Shown here: piece after piece, positions 23,451 through 32,413 of the stretch
How the letters are laid out: each line of letters opens with the position of its first letter
Position numbering within the stretch: position 1 is the first letter of the stretch
DNA from: a virus
Lineage: Duplodnaviria; Caudoviricetes
Reading direction: 5' to 3' (one strand)
Length of the DNA stretch: 64,000 bases
IMG/VR virus record: IMGVR_UViG_2671180879_000003
Span: 3,799 to 67,798 of that record
Notes under the pieces: generated by a model
What the model was told of the DNA's origin: nothing
Seen by the model: only the letters and a program-made list of their open reading frames with translations
Database searches by the model: none
Made by a program: the position numbers and the translations under genes

Positions 23451-23505
23451 ATATAATATCATCTTTCATCCACTTGTGCTTCGTTACTTTTTCCGAAGTT
23501 TTTCT
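23451..23505 (-). promoter_or_regulatory. Copy of element-2 late promoter motifs
   Basis: 20-nt and 12-nt blocks identical to 55294-55313 and 55259-55270 with the same 23-nt spacing. Confidence 0.7.
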
Positions 23506-23576
23506 GTTGTTTGTATTATCCACCTTTGATTTTTTAACTTAAGTCATTAAAATTTTATTGCATTATGTAATAAAGT

Positions 23577-23607
23577 AAAAAGAACCCTTTTAAAGAGTTC
23601 TTTTTTT
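23577..23607 (-). terminator. Terminator after Mn-catalase
   Basis: aaaaagaaccctt/aagagttcttttt. Confidence 0.65.
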
Positions 23608-23612
23608 ATTTA

Positions 23613-24296
23613 CTATTTTTTTATTGGTTCATTGAAAGAAGGTGGGTTAATATCCATCTTTGTATTATGATTGTTAGGTCCCGGACTAGATAAGTCAAAG
23701 TATAGTTTAGAGTCTTCAGTAACTCCAAAGTCTCTATTTGAACCTGTATCTTTAATCTTATTTAATGCATCTCTAAATAAAGCATTATGAGCTTCTTCTC
23801 TGTTAAGTAAGAAGTCTATTGTTTCTCTTACATATTTATCGTCAATTTGTCTATATAAATATTCATATACAACTTTTGCTCTTTGCTCTGATGCTATATT
23901 TGATAATAGATCTGCAACTAAGTCTCCTGTTACAGTAACATAATCAGCAGTCCAAGGTGCTCCTGAAGAGTTTATTAAAAATGGTGATAATCCACTTAAT
24001 ACATGAGTTTCTATTTCTCCAAAATCAACTGCTTTATAATCAACATCATGTCCATTTAATAAATTTATTGTTTGAGCAACCATTTCCATATGGCTAAGTT
24101 CTTCCGCTGCTATATCTAGAAATAAATCTTTTATCTCTTTATCTTTTATTCTAAAGCTTTGAGATAAATATTGCATTGCTGCTTTTAACTCTCCATTTCC
24201 TCCTCCTAATTGCTCTTGCATTAAAACTGCATATTGAGGATTTGGTCTTTCTACTTTTACTTCTCTTAACAATTTTTTATCATGTTTAAACATCAA
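23613..24296 (-). CDS. Manganese catalase family protein
   Basis: EQLGGGNGELKAAMQY, EELSHMEM, REEAH motifs. Confidence 0.92.
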   Translation of the reverse strand: MMFKHDKKLLREVKVERPNPQYAVLMQEQLGGGNGELKAAMQYLSQSFRIKDKEIKDLFLDIAAEELSHMEMVAQTINLLNGHDVDYKAVDFGEIETHVLSGLSPFLINSSGAPWTADYVTVTGDLVADLLSNIASEQRAKVVYEYLYRQIDDKYVRETIDFLLNREEAHNALFRDALNKIKDTGSNRDFGVTEDSKLYFDLSSPGPNNHNTKMDINPPSFNEPIKK

Positions 24297-24324
24297 CTAT
24301 ACCTCCAAAATCATAATTAGTAAT

Positions 24325-24354
24325 TATAATTTCCCTTAAGCTTTAGTAATATAC
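24325..24354 (-). promoter_or_regulatory. SigF/SigG-like (or SigB-like) promoter
   Basis: GTATA-N15-GGAAATTATA upstream of RBS. Confidence 0.5.
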
Positions 24355-24560
24355 AAATTTTTCTATAATTTATTAGATGTTTAAATTGATTATAAATGCC
24401 TTATGAACATAACATATCTAATAGTGTGTTATATTCATTTTATCAACTTATATACCCACTGTAAACTTAGTATTTTCAATAACTTCAACCTTTATTTTTT
24501 CTATGTAAAATAAACCAATATAACATTCTCTTTTTATGTTATATTCTAGATAAAATTAAA

Positions 24561-24988
24561 TTAAAAATATCTAAAGCTAGTATAAGCTTTATTCATTCTG
24601 TCTTGGTCTATACCTATATAATGTAAGGTTACAGCTGGAGATGAATGGTTAAATATCTTCTGAAGTAATGCTATATCTTTAGTTTGTTTATAGTAATGGT
24701 ATCCCCATGTTTTTCTCATACTATGGGTTCCTAAACAAGGAACATCAAATAATTCTCCATGCTCTTTCTCTAGATATAGGCCTGTTGTAGTTTTTACGTG
24801 ATTTAATTAAAAAATCATTAGTATCCTTGTCCTCTACATAATCTTTAATTGCTCTTTTCATTATTGGGTTTATCTCTATGAATTTTTGTTTCCCTGTTTT
24901 CTTTTCTCTTAAGACTATTTGTCTTTTTTAAATAGGAACACATATTTTCTAATGTATCTAAATTTCTAATAGGTTCTACATAGTTCAT
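24561..24988 (-). pseudogene. Small tyrosine recombinase remnant with internal deletions/frameshifts
   Basis: MNYVEPIR start; C-terminal GTHSMRKTWGY...FNHSSPAVTLHYIG. Confidence 0.8.
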
Positions 24989-25082
24989 ATCTCACCACCT
25001 CAAATCTCATTTGAATACAAACCTATAAAAAAATGGACCCTAATTGTCCACTTTAAATTCATATACTTTTAATATGAATACA

Positions 25083-25283
25083 CTATTTAATTTTATCTAG
25101 CTTATCAAAAAATATTGAAATTTCTCCACAATTTGGGCATACTGCAGCCTTTATCTTTCCTTTGTTTGATGAAAAAACCCCACTTCCTTTTCCTAATACT
25201 ACTGATGCTTGAGCTGTAAAGTTTTCAGTTTTTAGCATGTAGTCCTCAACCATAATTTCATTGCATCTTAAACACTTCCTCAT
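25083..25283 (-). CDS. Small zinc-ribbon protein
   Basis: CLRC...CPNCGE, GGGGGAG RBS. Confidence 0.7.
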   Translation of the reverse strand: MRKCLRCNEIMVEDYMLKTENFTAQASVVLGKGSGVFSSNKGKIKAAVCPNCGEISIFFDKLDKIK

Positions 25284-25400
25284 AATATCTCCCCCACTTA
25301 AATTTTGATAATATATTAATATTGTTCAATAGTTTATACTATAAATTATACATAATTTATAGTATATCCACACTCATTTAAATAAAGTAAATATAAAATA

Positions 25401-25431
25401 AAAAAGCCAGGTGAGAAAGTCCTGACTTTTT
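25401..25431 (-). terminator. Terminator in element 1 late leader
   Basis: aaaaagccagg...cctgacttttt. Confidence 0.6.
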
Positions 25432-25473
25432 TGAACGTAATAAGTTGTTGCTAATAAATCTAATAAATGTAAC

Positions 25474-25525
25474 TAGTTTATACTCCATACCGCTACAGAG
25501 TGCTCTTAAGAGCCGTAAAGTTATA
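25474..25525 (-). ncRNA. Conserved boxA-like plus hairpin motif, copy 1
   Basis: Near-identical to 55035..55085; hairpin ACTCTGTA-GCGG-TATGGAGT. Confidence 0.55.
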
Positions 25526-25526
25526 T

Positions 25527-25599
25527 TGGTGAGGGTTAAAAGGAATCGAACCTCTTATCTTCTAAATAAATAGCTATTTTACCATTAAACTATATCCTC
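25527..25599 (-). ncRNA. Degenerate tRNA-like element, copy 1
   Basis: TAGTTTAATGGTAAAA D-arm, GGTTCGATTCC T-arm, ACCA end; acceptor and anticodon arms imperfect. Confidence 0.6.
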
Positions 25600-25735
25600 A
25601 CGTTGCTAGGGTAAATTTATACCCTAGCCATTATATAAAGAGGGGATTATTAGGAAATAAGCAATTGGGTTATTTTAAATTTCCTATACTACTATATTAC
25701 CACCTCTGAATGTATAAAAAATCTTTACTTTGTCG

Positions 25736-26239
25736 CTAAAATGTAGCCAAAGTGTTGGCTTTGCTATTATTTTCATTAAATAATGGTAGTTCTTCATAGT
25801 TTGGATACAACATACCCATAATTTTATAAACTAATCGCTCTCTTACTGTGTAGCAATGACTGCGATCCATGTGTAGCTTAAGGCTTATATATTTCATATT
25901 ATTTTTATTTTTGCTATTATAAAATAATTCAAAGAAATTAGTTTCATTAACATCTAATCGACTTAATGAGTTTTCTATTTTCGCTTTCTCTATTTCTTTT
26001 TCTAATTTACTTTGCATCAATTTATCTATTTTCTTCTCTTTATCTATAACCTCTTTTTCAACAATTCTTGAAATATTATAAGTTTCACTTGTTCTTTCAT
26101 CATAATTTATAGCTCCACAACCTCTATATCTCATTTTCTCTTTCTTTATATCTAATTCTATATTATTTATTTGAGCTTCTAGAAACTTATAATTATGCAA
26201 TCTTAATTCTACTTTTTTAAATAATTCTTTTTTCTCCAT
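25736..26239 (-). CDS. RinA/ArpU-family late transcription activator
   Basis: VELRLHNY N-terminus, C-terminal HTH, last gene of early cluster. Confidence 0.75.
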   Translation of the reverse strand: MEKKELFKKVELRLHNYKFLEAQINNIELDIKKEKMRYRGCGAINYDERTSETYNISRIVEKEVIDKEKKIDKLMQSKLEKEIEKAKIENSLSRLDVNETNFFELFYNSKNKNNMKYISLKLHMDRSHCYTVRERLVYKIMGMLYPNYEELPLFNENNSKANTLATF

Positions 26240-26263
26240 AGGCAGTCACTTCCCGTTTTTCTT

Positions 26264-26521
26264 TTAATCAATAATATCTTTCATTTCTTCTAGACATTTT
26301 TCACATATAAAAATATTTTTGATGTTTTTTAAATTTTCTTTTGATCCACATAAAATACACGAATTATTATGTTTTTTAAGCTTAATAGTTCCGTTTTCAC
26401 ATAATATTTCAACCGGATCATTTTCATTTATATTTAACATTTTTCTAAATTCCTTTGGTATTACGATTCTTCCTAGTGAATCGATATTTCTTACAATGCC
26501 TTTATTATTTTTGCCATTCAT
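26264..26521 (-). CDS. abrB: AbrB-family regulator, clostridial type with C4 tail
   Basis: GIVRNIDSLGRIVIPKEFR; CILC...CEKC. Confidence 0.85.
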   Translation of the reverse strand: MNGKNNKGIVRNIDSLGRIVIPKEFRKMLNINENDPVEILCENGTIKLKKHNNSCILCGSKENLKNIKNIFICEKCLEEMKDIID

Positions 26522-27044
26522 ACTATCACTCCTAACATATTTCTAACAATTTATATCAATAAAACTACCTATATAAATATATTTATCATCTAAGGTAACC
26601 CTTGTATATCTATATGATTAATTATTATATACCCTTATTCTTAATTTTTACTTAATTAAAATAAAATTTATATAAACTTTCATAATAAATTTAAATTTTA
26701 TATTTAAATTTACTGAGTTTTTGAATATTTTTTAATAAATAGACAAATAATAAAATTGACATTTGAAGATATCAATAGATTTTACCCTTTAACAGTTTAA
26801 ATGCAGTTTATTTAGACTATTTTCAAAATTTAACTCTCAATATCCAATTCCCAAAAGGACTAGTTAACGCTAGTCCTTTTTAACTCTAAATAAAAAATAT
26901 TCTCAATTTATACCTATACTAGCAAATAGTTTAAAACAAATTAAAATTATAATAGCTATAACTATAGCAATTAATATAAACAGTTTGTCTCGATTTTTCA
27001 TATTTTCCACCACCTATAACTTATATTTCTTTTAATCTATAAAT

Positions 27045-27275
27045 TTATTCATCCTTATTTCCACCTCTGATCCCCCAAGCACTCATTATTTTATCTGCAC
27101 TTTCTGGAAACCTTAGTTTTCCATTAATCTCTTTACCACATATACATTGTGCCAATGCCATATAATTTGGATATGTTTTATAGTCACTTGCTTTAAAAAA
27201 TGTTTCTTTTACACTGGGTATACTAAGTTCTATTTCAACATACTTTAACTCTGTTGATTTACTCATTCTTATCAC
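27045..27275 (-). CDS. Hypothetical phage protein, paralogue of 56261..56494
   Basis: Shared KTYPNYMALAQCICGKEINGK. Confidence 0.7.
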   Translation of the reverse strand: MIRMSKSTELKYVEIELSIPSVKETFFKASDYKTYPNYMALAQCICGKEINGKLRFPESADKIMSAWGIRGGNKDE

Positions 27276-27804
27276 CCCTTATTTTATACTCAAGTTTATA
27301 TCTCTTTCTAAAAAGCCTTTTAGCTTCTATTGCTTGATTTAAATTACCTCTGCTAGCATTTAAATAGTCACATGCTTTATTAACACTCTCAAACTCTATA
27401 GTCTCATTTTTTAATTTATCTATAACTATCAACGGCTTTCTTTCAACTTCTCTTATAGTTTCTAAAGCTTGTATCCTAAATCTCTTTCTAAACAATCTAT
27501 TGTGCTTTATATAAGTTGTTATATCTGCCCTTCTCATATCTAGAAATTTACAACAATCATCTAATCCATCAAACTCCATTTCTTTCTCTTCTACTTCATC
27601 TACTACCTTAACTTTATAATTATAATTCTGTTTAGGTTTAATCTTTCTATAATGTCCTCCCTTATCATCTTTAGGATCATCAAGTACTATATGTTTAATA
27701 GCTTTTCCTATACTTAAACTTGGATTTAATATGTAAGCTAATAAAGCAAGATAGTTATATGTAAAATCAAAATCACAAGAATTAGAACATTTCACTCTAA
27801 TCAC
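27259..27804 (-). CDS. Protein with two NUMOD1-like HTH repeats, paralogue of 56599..57138
   Basis: FESVNKACDYLNASRGNL-type repeats. Confidence 0.65.
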   Translation of the reverse strand: MIRVKCSNSCDFDFTYNYLALLAYILNPSLSIGKAIKHIVLDDPKDDKGGHYRKIKPKQNYNYKVKVVDEVEEKEMEFDGLDDCCKFLDMRRADITTYIKHNRLFRKRFRIQALETIREVERKPLIVIDKLKNETIEFESVNKACDYLNASRGNLNQAIEAKRLFRKRYKLEYKIRGDKNE

Positions 27805-27933
27805 CCCTATTTAATTTTTTGTTTTATATTTAAATCTATAAATAATAATCTAATTTCTTTCTTATTATTTAAAATATGACATATTCTTAGTAATCCATTT
27901 TTTTATTTAAGATAAATTTTTATTACATATTCT

Positions 27934-27963
27934 GAATTTATAGTTTTTCCTCTACACATAATA
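27934..27963 (+). promoter_or_regulatory. SigG-like promoter
   Basis: GAATT-N18-CATAATA before AGGAGGTG. Confidence 0.45.
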
Positions 27964-27964
27964 A

Positions 27965-28441
27965 TTGTATAAAGGAGGTGAATATATGTTTATAAAGAAA
28001 TTAAGTATTGTATTTTCAATTTTACTAATTATATTTACAATAAATGTAAATACAACCTATGCATTTAATTCTATAGCTCCACAACCAATTCACAACGAAT
28101 ACATTAAAGAATTAGAAATCATAGATAACTATATGTATTTATTGGTTCAATCTGTTGCTACAAAAAACATTAATCCTACTAAAGTCAATAAAGATATTAG
28201 GTTTATAGAAACATTAATCAATAGTTTAAATAATAAAACTTCAAAGCTCTCTAAAGAAGATGATGATGTTATTCTAGCTATGCAGGCCATATTAAACTAT
28301 TACAAAATTTCTATAATAAATGTAAAGTTTTATATAGACGAGAATGATGCTGATAGATTAATAGATTCCATAACTTCTTTTTCTATAGCTTATAACTCTT
28401 CATCAACCTTAAGAGTAATTATAGGAAAAGCGAAACAATAA
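27965..28441 (+). CDS. Secreted helical hypothetical protein (probable start ATG 27986)
   Basis: Signal peptide MFIKKLSIV...TTYA; opposite strand to phage genes. Confidence 0.75.
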   Translation: MYKGGEYMFIKKLSIVFSILLIIFTINVNTTYAFNSIAPQPIHNEYIKELEIIDNYMYLLVQSVATKNINPTKVNKDIRFIETLINSLNNKTSKLSKEDDDVILAMQAILNYYKISIINVKFYIDENDADRLIDSITSFSIAYNSSSTLRVIIGKAKQ

Positions 28442-28514
28442 GTTCTCGCTTTTCTTATATAAATTACAAACCTATCTCTACTAGGTATTTTTTATCCTAA
28501 CCTTAAATATAAAC

Positions 28515-28646
28515 TTACCAAACTCTGTATTCTCTTTTGAATACCTCTAAAGCTTCTAACCATGCTTCTTGTTCTGTTACACCTCTATCTTTGGCAATCT
28601 GCTTTGCTATGTCTCTAAGAATCTTAGCTGCTTCTATTATTCCCAT
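28515..28646 (-). CDS. 43-aa hypothetical phage protein
   Basis: MGIIEAAKILRDIAKQIAKDRG, AGGAGTG RBS. Confidence 0.5.
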   Translation of the reverse strand: MGIIEAAKILRDIAKQIAKDRGVTEQEAWLEALEVFKREYRVW

Positions 28647-28660
28647 AGTTTATATCACTC

Positions 28661-29356
28661 CTAATTTCCTTTTTTTAAACTTAACTTATCTTTGCATATT
28701 TTATGTATATACTTCCAATATCCCTCGCTGCCTTTTGGTGATTTAATTGTTCCATCTTCAACAGATATATCTACTGCTAAAACTATACTTTTTAATTCAC
28801 TATCAGATAATTTATACATACCTTTTATACTATTCAAATCTGTGGATAAATTTACACTAGTTACTCTATCAATAGATATAGTATTAGAATATGGTAATAG
28901 GGTCTTTTGTTCGGGAAATAAATCCGTACCCTCGGGATTTATTTCCAATAGCTTAGGATTTAAATCCGATGTCCTATAGTTAGTATCTATTAATAATTTA
29001 TAGTTTCTACCTAGAGCATAATAAGAATATGTCCCTCCTATTTTTACTGTTTTATGTTTTAATATTCCTATCTTGCACATCTTCTTTAGTCTCCTATAGA
29101 CTGTATATTTTTTCATCTTTGTAATAGGTATATCCTCTGTTACACCATCATACTTAATCCAATAGTACTTATCATATGAAATGATCTTTGATATCATTCT
29201 TTCACTATCTTTAAATTTTACAAACCACTTTAATATCAATAGATCTCTATCATCTAATTCAAGTTCTATTGCTTTTTCTTGGCTAAATCCAGGTATGCTA
29301 TACTCCAAGAAACTCACCTCTACTTTATTTAAATCTATTAATTTATAAATTTTCAC
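28661..29356 (-). CDS. Replication initiator-like wHTH protein, 5' end possibly damaged
   Basis: GFSQEKAIELELDDRDLLILKWF; internal iteron-like repeats. Confidence 0.6.
   Translation of the reverse strand: MKIYKLIDLNKVEVSFLEYSIPGFSQEKAIELELDDRDLLILKWFVKFKDSERMISKIISYDKYYWIKYDGVTEDIPITKMKKYTVYRRLKKMCKIGILKHKTVKIGGTYSYYALGRNYKLLIDTNYRTSDLNPKLLEINPEGTDLFPEQKTLLPYSNTISIDRVTSVNLSTDLNSIKGMYKLSDSELKSIVLAVDISVEDGTIKSPKGSEGYWKYIHKICKDKLSLKKGN
28910..28972. repeat. Three 21-nt iteron-like repeats (probable origin)
   Basis: tcgggaaataaatccg / tcgggatttatttcca / ttaggatttaaatccg. Confidence 0.5.
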
Positions 29357-29625
29357 TTGTAGTTCTCTTTATCTACGTATATAATTAAATTGGAATTTTT
29401 TATTGGGTCTTTCTGGACTCTTTTTTTTTATTTTCATTAAATTAATGTTTTGAAATACTGTGTTTAACAATGTTGCTTGTCCTCTTTTTGCTTATTATAA
29501 GCTTTTAATTCATCAAATTTATTATCTAGTTCTTGTCCTAAATAACTATATTTTTTCATAAAACTTTGAAGTATTTTTATACTCATTTAACTCACTCCTT
29601 GTACAAATTTTCATTGCCAAAGAGC

Positions 29626-29892
29626 CTAAGCTCCTTGTTTATCGTTATATTCTTTAATCGCTATTTCTTTAGCTTCTTCATAACTCAAACCAGTTTCTTC
29701 TAACTCCTTTGTTCTTATCCATATTGGGTAAGCTATACTCAATGCTTCATCCCCATATTTTTCTCTTTGTCTATCAAGTATCCACTTAGCTTTTCTTCTT
29801 TCTATTTCCTCAATCCAATATGGATCTTCTGGGTAAACTACCTCAACTTTTATTTCTCTGCTTTTTCTTGGTGTCATCGCAACCACCCCCAC
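29626..29892 (-). CDS. Small protein, candidate recombination directionality factor (probable start ATG 29877)
   Basis: GGGGGTGG RBS; SpoIIID/sigE-like promoter; last intact ORF before the recombinase. Confidence 0.6.
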   Translation of the reverse strand: MGVVAMTPRKSREIKVEVVYPEDPYWIEEIERRKAKWILDRQREKYGDEALSIAYPIWIRTKELEETGLSYEEAKEIAIKEYNDKQGA

Positions 29893-29895
29893 TAA

Positions 29896-29925
29896 ATTTT
29901 ATGTTTATTGAAAATTGTCCTATGC
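29896..29925 (-). promoter_or_regulatory. SigE-like promoter overlapping SpoIIID box
   Basis: ATA-N17-CATAAAAT with TAGGACAATT (WWRRACARnY). Confidence 0.65.
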
Positions 29926-30614
29926 AATTTATCTTGATTTACTAACTTCTAACTCTACTTTTAAATTATTTCTTGACTTTTTAGTTTTTTATTTGGTATG
30001 ATCATATATTTTTCTAAGGTTATTTTTTAATCACCTCCATGTATATTTAAATATACCTACCAATAAATCGTATGTGTTTTAATTTTCTTTTTTAACTTAT
30101 AAGCCATACAAGTATATAAGGATTATATAACTCACATAAATTAATATTTACTTTAGAAATTACATTTAATCTTGTAGAGTACTTTTACTAATCAATATAA
30201 ATTGAAAATATATAGAAGGAGTTGTAAAAAACTGCGTATTCAAGTACTCGATTCAAAATGAATTCTACTTAATTGTCAAATATTTTATAAGCTTATTCTT
30301 TAAAAAAGTTTGATTAAAAATGTAACTGAATTAACTGAAACTACTTAAAATATTAAGTAATACGAGATATTAAATTTGAATAGTATTAAAAATACAGAAA
30401 ATAATTTAGTAATTGATTTTAAAACAACAATCTAACTTTAATTATCTTACTATTTAAACATTGTCATGCTTTATGATTCTTCATACACTATTAAAAATTT
30501 ATTCCAAGGTACAATTGATACTCCTATACTTGTAATTTATAGATAGATTAAATACTCCTGTCGTAATTATGAATTTATATACTTAAAATTTAATATTAAG
30601 GAGAGTAGAACCTT

Positions 30615-32207
30615 ATGATTGCTGCAATCTATTCAAGAAAATCAAAATTTACTGGAAAAGGTGAATCTATAGAAAACCAAATACAACTTTGCATGGACTA
30701 TGCTAAGAACCTAGGAGTTAATGAATTTTTAGTATACGAAGATGAAGGTTTTTCTGGTAAATCTATGGATAGACCAAAGTTTAAAGAAATGCTTAAAGAT
30801 GCTAAAGATAAAAAGTTTGATTATTTAATATGTTATAGATTAGATAGAATATCCCGTAATGTTTCTGACTTCTCTACTCTTATAGAAGATCTAAATAAGC
30901 TTAATATATCTTTTGTATCAATTAAAGAACAATTTGATACTAGTACTCCTATGGGACGTGCTATGATGTATATATCATCTGTATTTGCTCAGTTAGAGAG
31001 AGAAACTATAGCTGAACGTGTTAGAGATAATATGTATGAGTTAGCTAGAACAGGAAGATGGCTAGGAGGTATGCCTCCATATGGTTTTATTAGTACTCAA
31101 ATTAACTACTATGATGAAAATATGAACCAAAGAAAAATGTATAAACTTAAAGTTGATGAAGACACAATAGAAATTGTTAAATTAATATTTGATAAATATT
31201 TAGAGCTTAGATCACTTTCAAAGCTTTATAAATATATGTATGAGAATGGAATTAAAGGAACTCGTGGAGGTAACCTTGATCCTAGTGCCTTATCTTTAAT
31301 CCTAAAAAATCCATCATATGTTAAAGCTGATAAAAGTGTAGTTGATTATCTAAGAAAGTCTAATATAGATGTTATGGGAGATATAGATAATATACATGGT
31401 ATCCTAACTTATGCTAAAAATACAGATAGTCCTATAGCTGCTGTTGCTAAACATAAAGGTGTCATAGATTCGGATAAATGGATTGAAGCCCAAAGGTTAC
31501 TTAATGCAAATAAAGCTAAAGCTCCTAGGGCTGGAACTGGGGCTAAGGCATTATTATCAGGTCTTTTAAAATGTTCTAAGTGTGGCTCTAATATGAGAAT
31601 TACTTATAAAAACTCTAAAAGTGGTACTATCTATTATTACATATGTGGAACAAAGAAATCTTTAGGCGTATCAGCTTGTGATTGTAGAAATATCAGATCT
31701 GATAAGGCTGAATCTAAAGTTATAGATGAATTAAAAAATAAAAGTATTAAATCTATAATGTCAAGTTATAAAGATAGCAAGTTAGAAAACTCTAAGAATA
31801 GTAAAAATATAAAAACTGAGATAAACTCAATAAATAATCAAATTAAAGAAAAGGAAACATACATTGATAATTTAGTTATGCAATTAGCCAAGGTTACCGA
31901 AAGCTCTGCATCTACTTTTATAATCAATAAATTAGAATCTTTAAATAATGACTTATCTAATTTAAAATCACAATTAGAATCTTTAAATACTATGTCTATG
32001 GAAAATAAGCAAGTTGATATTAATATAAATATGCTTATAGATAATTTAAATAAATTCAATAAAGAAATTGATACCTCTGATATCAATAAGAAGAGACTGT
32101 TACTATCTACAGTAGTAGATTATATGACATGGGACTCTGATACAGACACAATAAAGGTAAACCTAATAGGTATCAATCCAAGCAATACTATAGCTTCGGA
32201 TAAATAG
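30615..32207 (+). CDS. Large serine recombinase of element 1
   Basis: YSRKS, DEGFSG, RLDRISR, zinc ribbon CSKC, coiled coil; intact 530 aa. Confidence 0.95.
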   Translation: MIAAIYSRKSKFTGKGESIENQIQLCMDYAKNLGVNEFLVYEDEGFSGKSMDRPKFKEMLKDAKDKKFDYLICYRLDRISRNVSDFSTLIEDLNKLNISFVSIKEQFDTSTPMGRAMMYISSVFAQLERETIAERVRDNMYELARTGRWLGGMPPYGFISTQINYYDENMNQRKMYKLKVDEDTIEIVKLIFDKYLELRSLSKLYKYMYENGIKGTRGGNLDPSALSLILKNPSYVKADKSVVDYLRKSNIDVMGDIDNIHGILTYAKNTDSPIAAVAKHKGVIDSDKWIEAQRLLNANKAKAPRAGTGAKALLSGLLKCSKCGSNMRITYKNSKSGTIYYYICGTKKSLGVSACDCRNIRSDKAESKVIDELKNKSIKSIMSSYKDSKLENSKNSKNIKTEINSINNQIKEKETYIDNLVMQLAKVTESSASTFIINKLESLNNDLSNLKSQLESLNTMSMENKQVDININMLIDNLNKFNKEIDTSDINKKRLLLSTVVDYMTWDSDTDTIKVNLIGINPSNTIASDK

Positions 32208-32219
32208 GAACTTTAATAC

Positions 32220-32413
32220 ATTTATCTGAAGCTATTTCTATGTCAGATAAGGTTGCAGTTTTATCCAAACGCCCTGCATCTATAAAAAATATCTATAACA
32301 TAAATTTAAAAATATCAGAAACTAGAACTCCTATAATATCAAGAAGTGCTGAAAATTTTAAAGACTATTTTAATATCTTGTGGAAGGAGATTGATTCTAG
32401 TGAAACAAAATAA
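32220..32413 (+). pseudogene. ytlC: 3' fragment of NitT/TauT ABC ATP-binding gene split by element 1
   Basis: LSEAISMSDKVAVLSKRPASIK...FKDYFNILWKEI, the sequence following the H-loop VTHD; overlaps permease start. Confidence 0.88.

Larger units (their letters stand above)
1..32220. mobile_element. Element 1: defective siphovirus-type prophage inserted in ytlC-like ABC ATPase gene; left end outside window
   Basis: Lysis-tail-head-packaging-regulation modules on the minus strand, serine recombinase at the right end, host gene 3' fragment resumes ~13 nt after the recombinase stop. Confidence 0.9.

Noticed and set aside
24561-24988. Tyrosine recombinase as the element's integrase
   Set aside because: Internally deleted and mid-element; the junction lies next to the serine recombinase
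29531-29540. Additional TAGGACAAGA SpoIIID-like match
   Set aside because: Lies inside a degraded ORF, misses the final pyrimidine and has no convincing downstream promoter context
32346-32399. N-terminal extension of the permease given by the ORF track
   Set aside because: Overlaps the ytlC fragment; GTG at 32400 has the RBS
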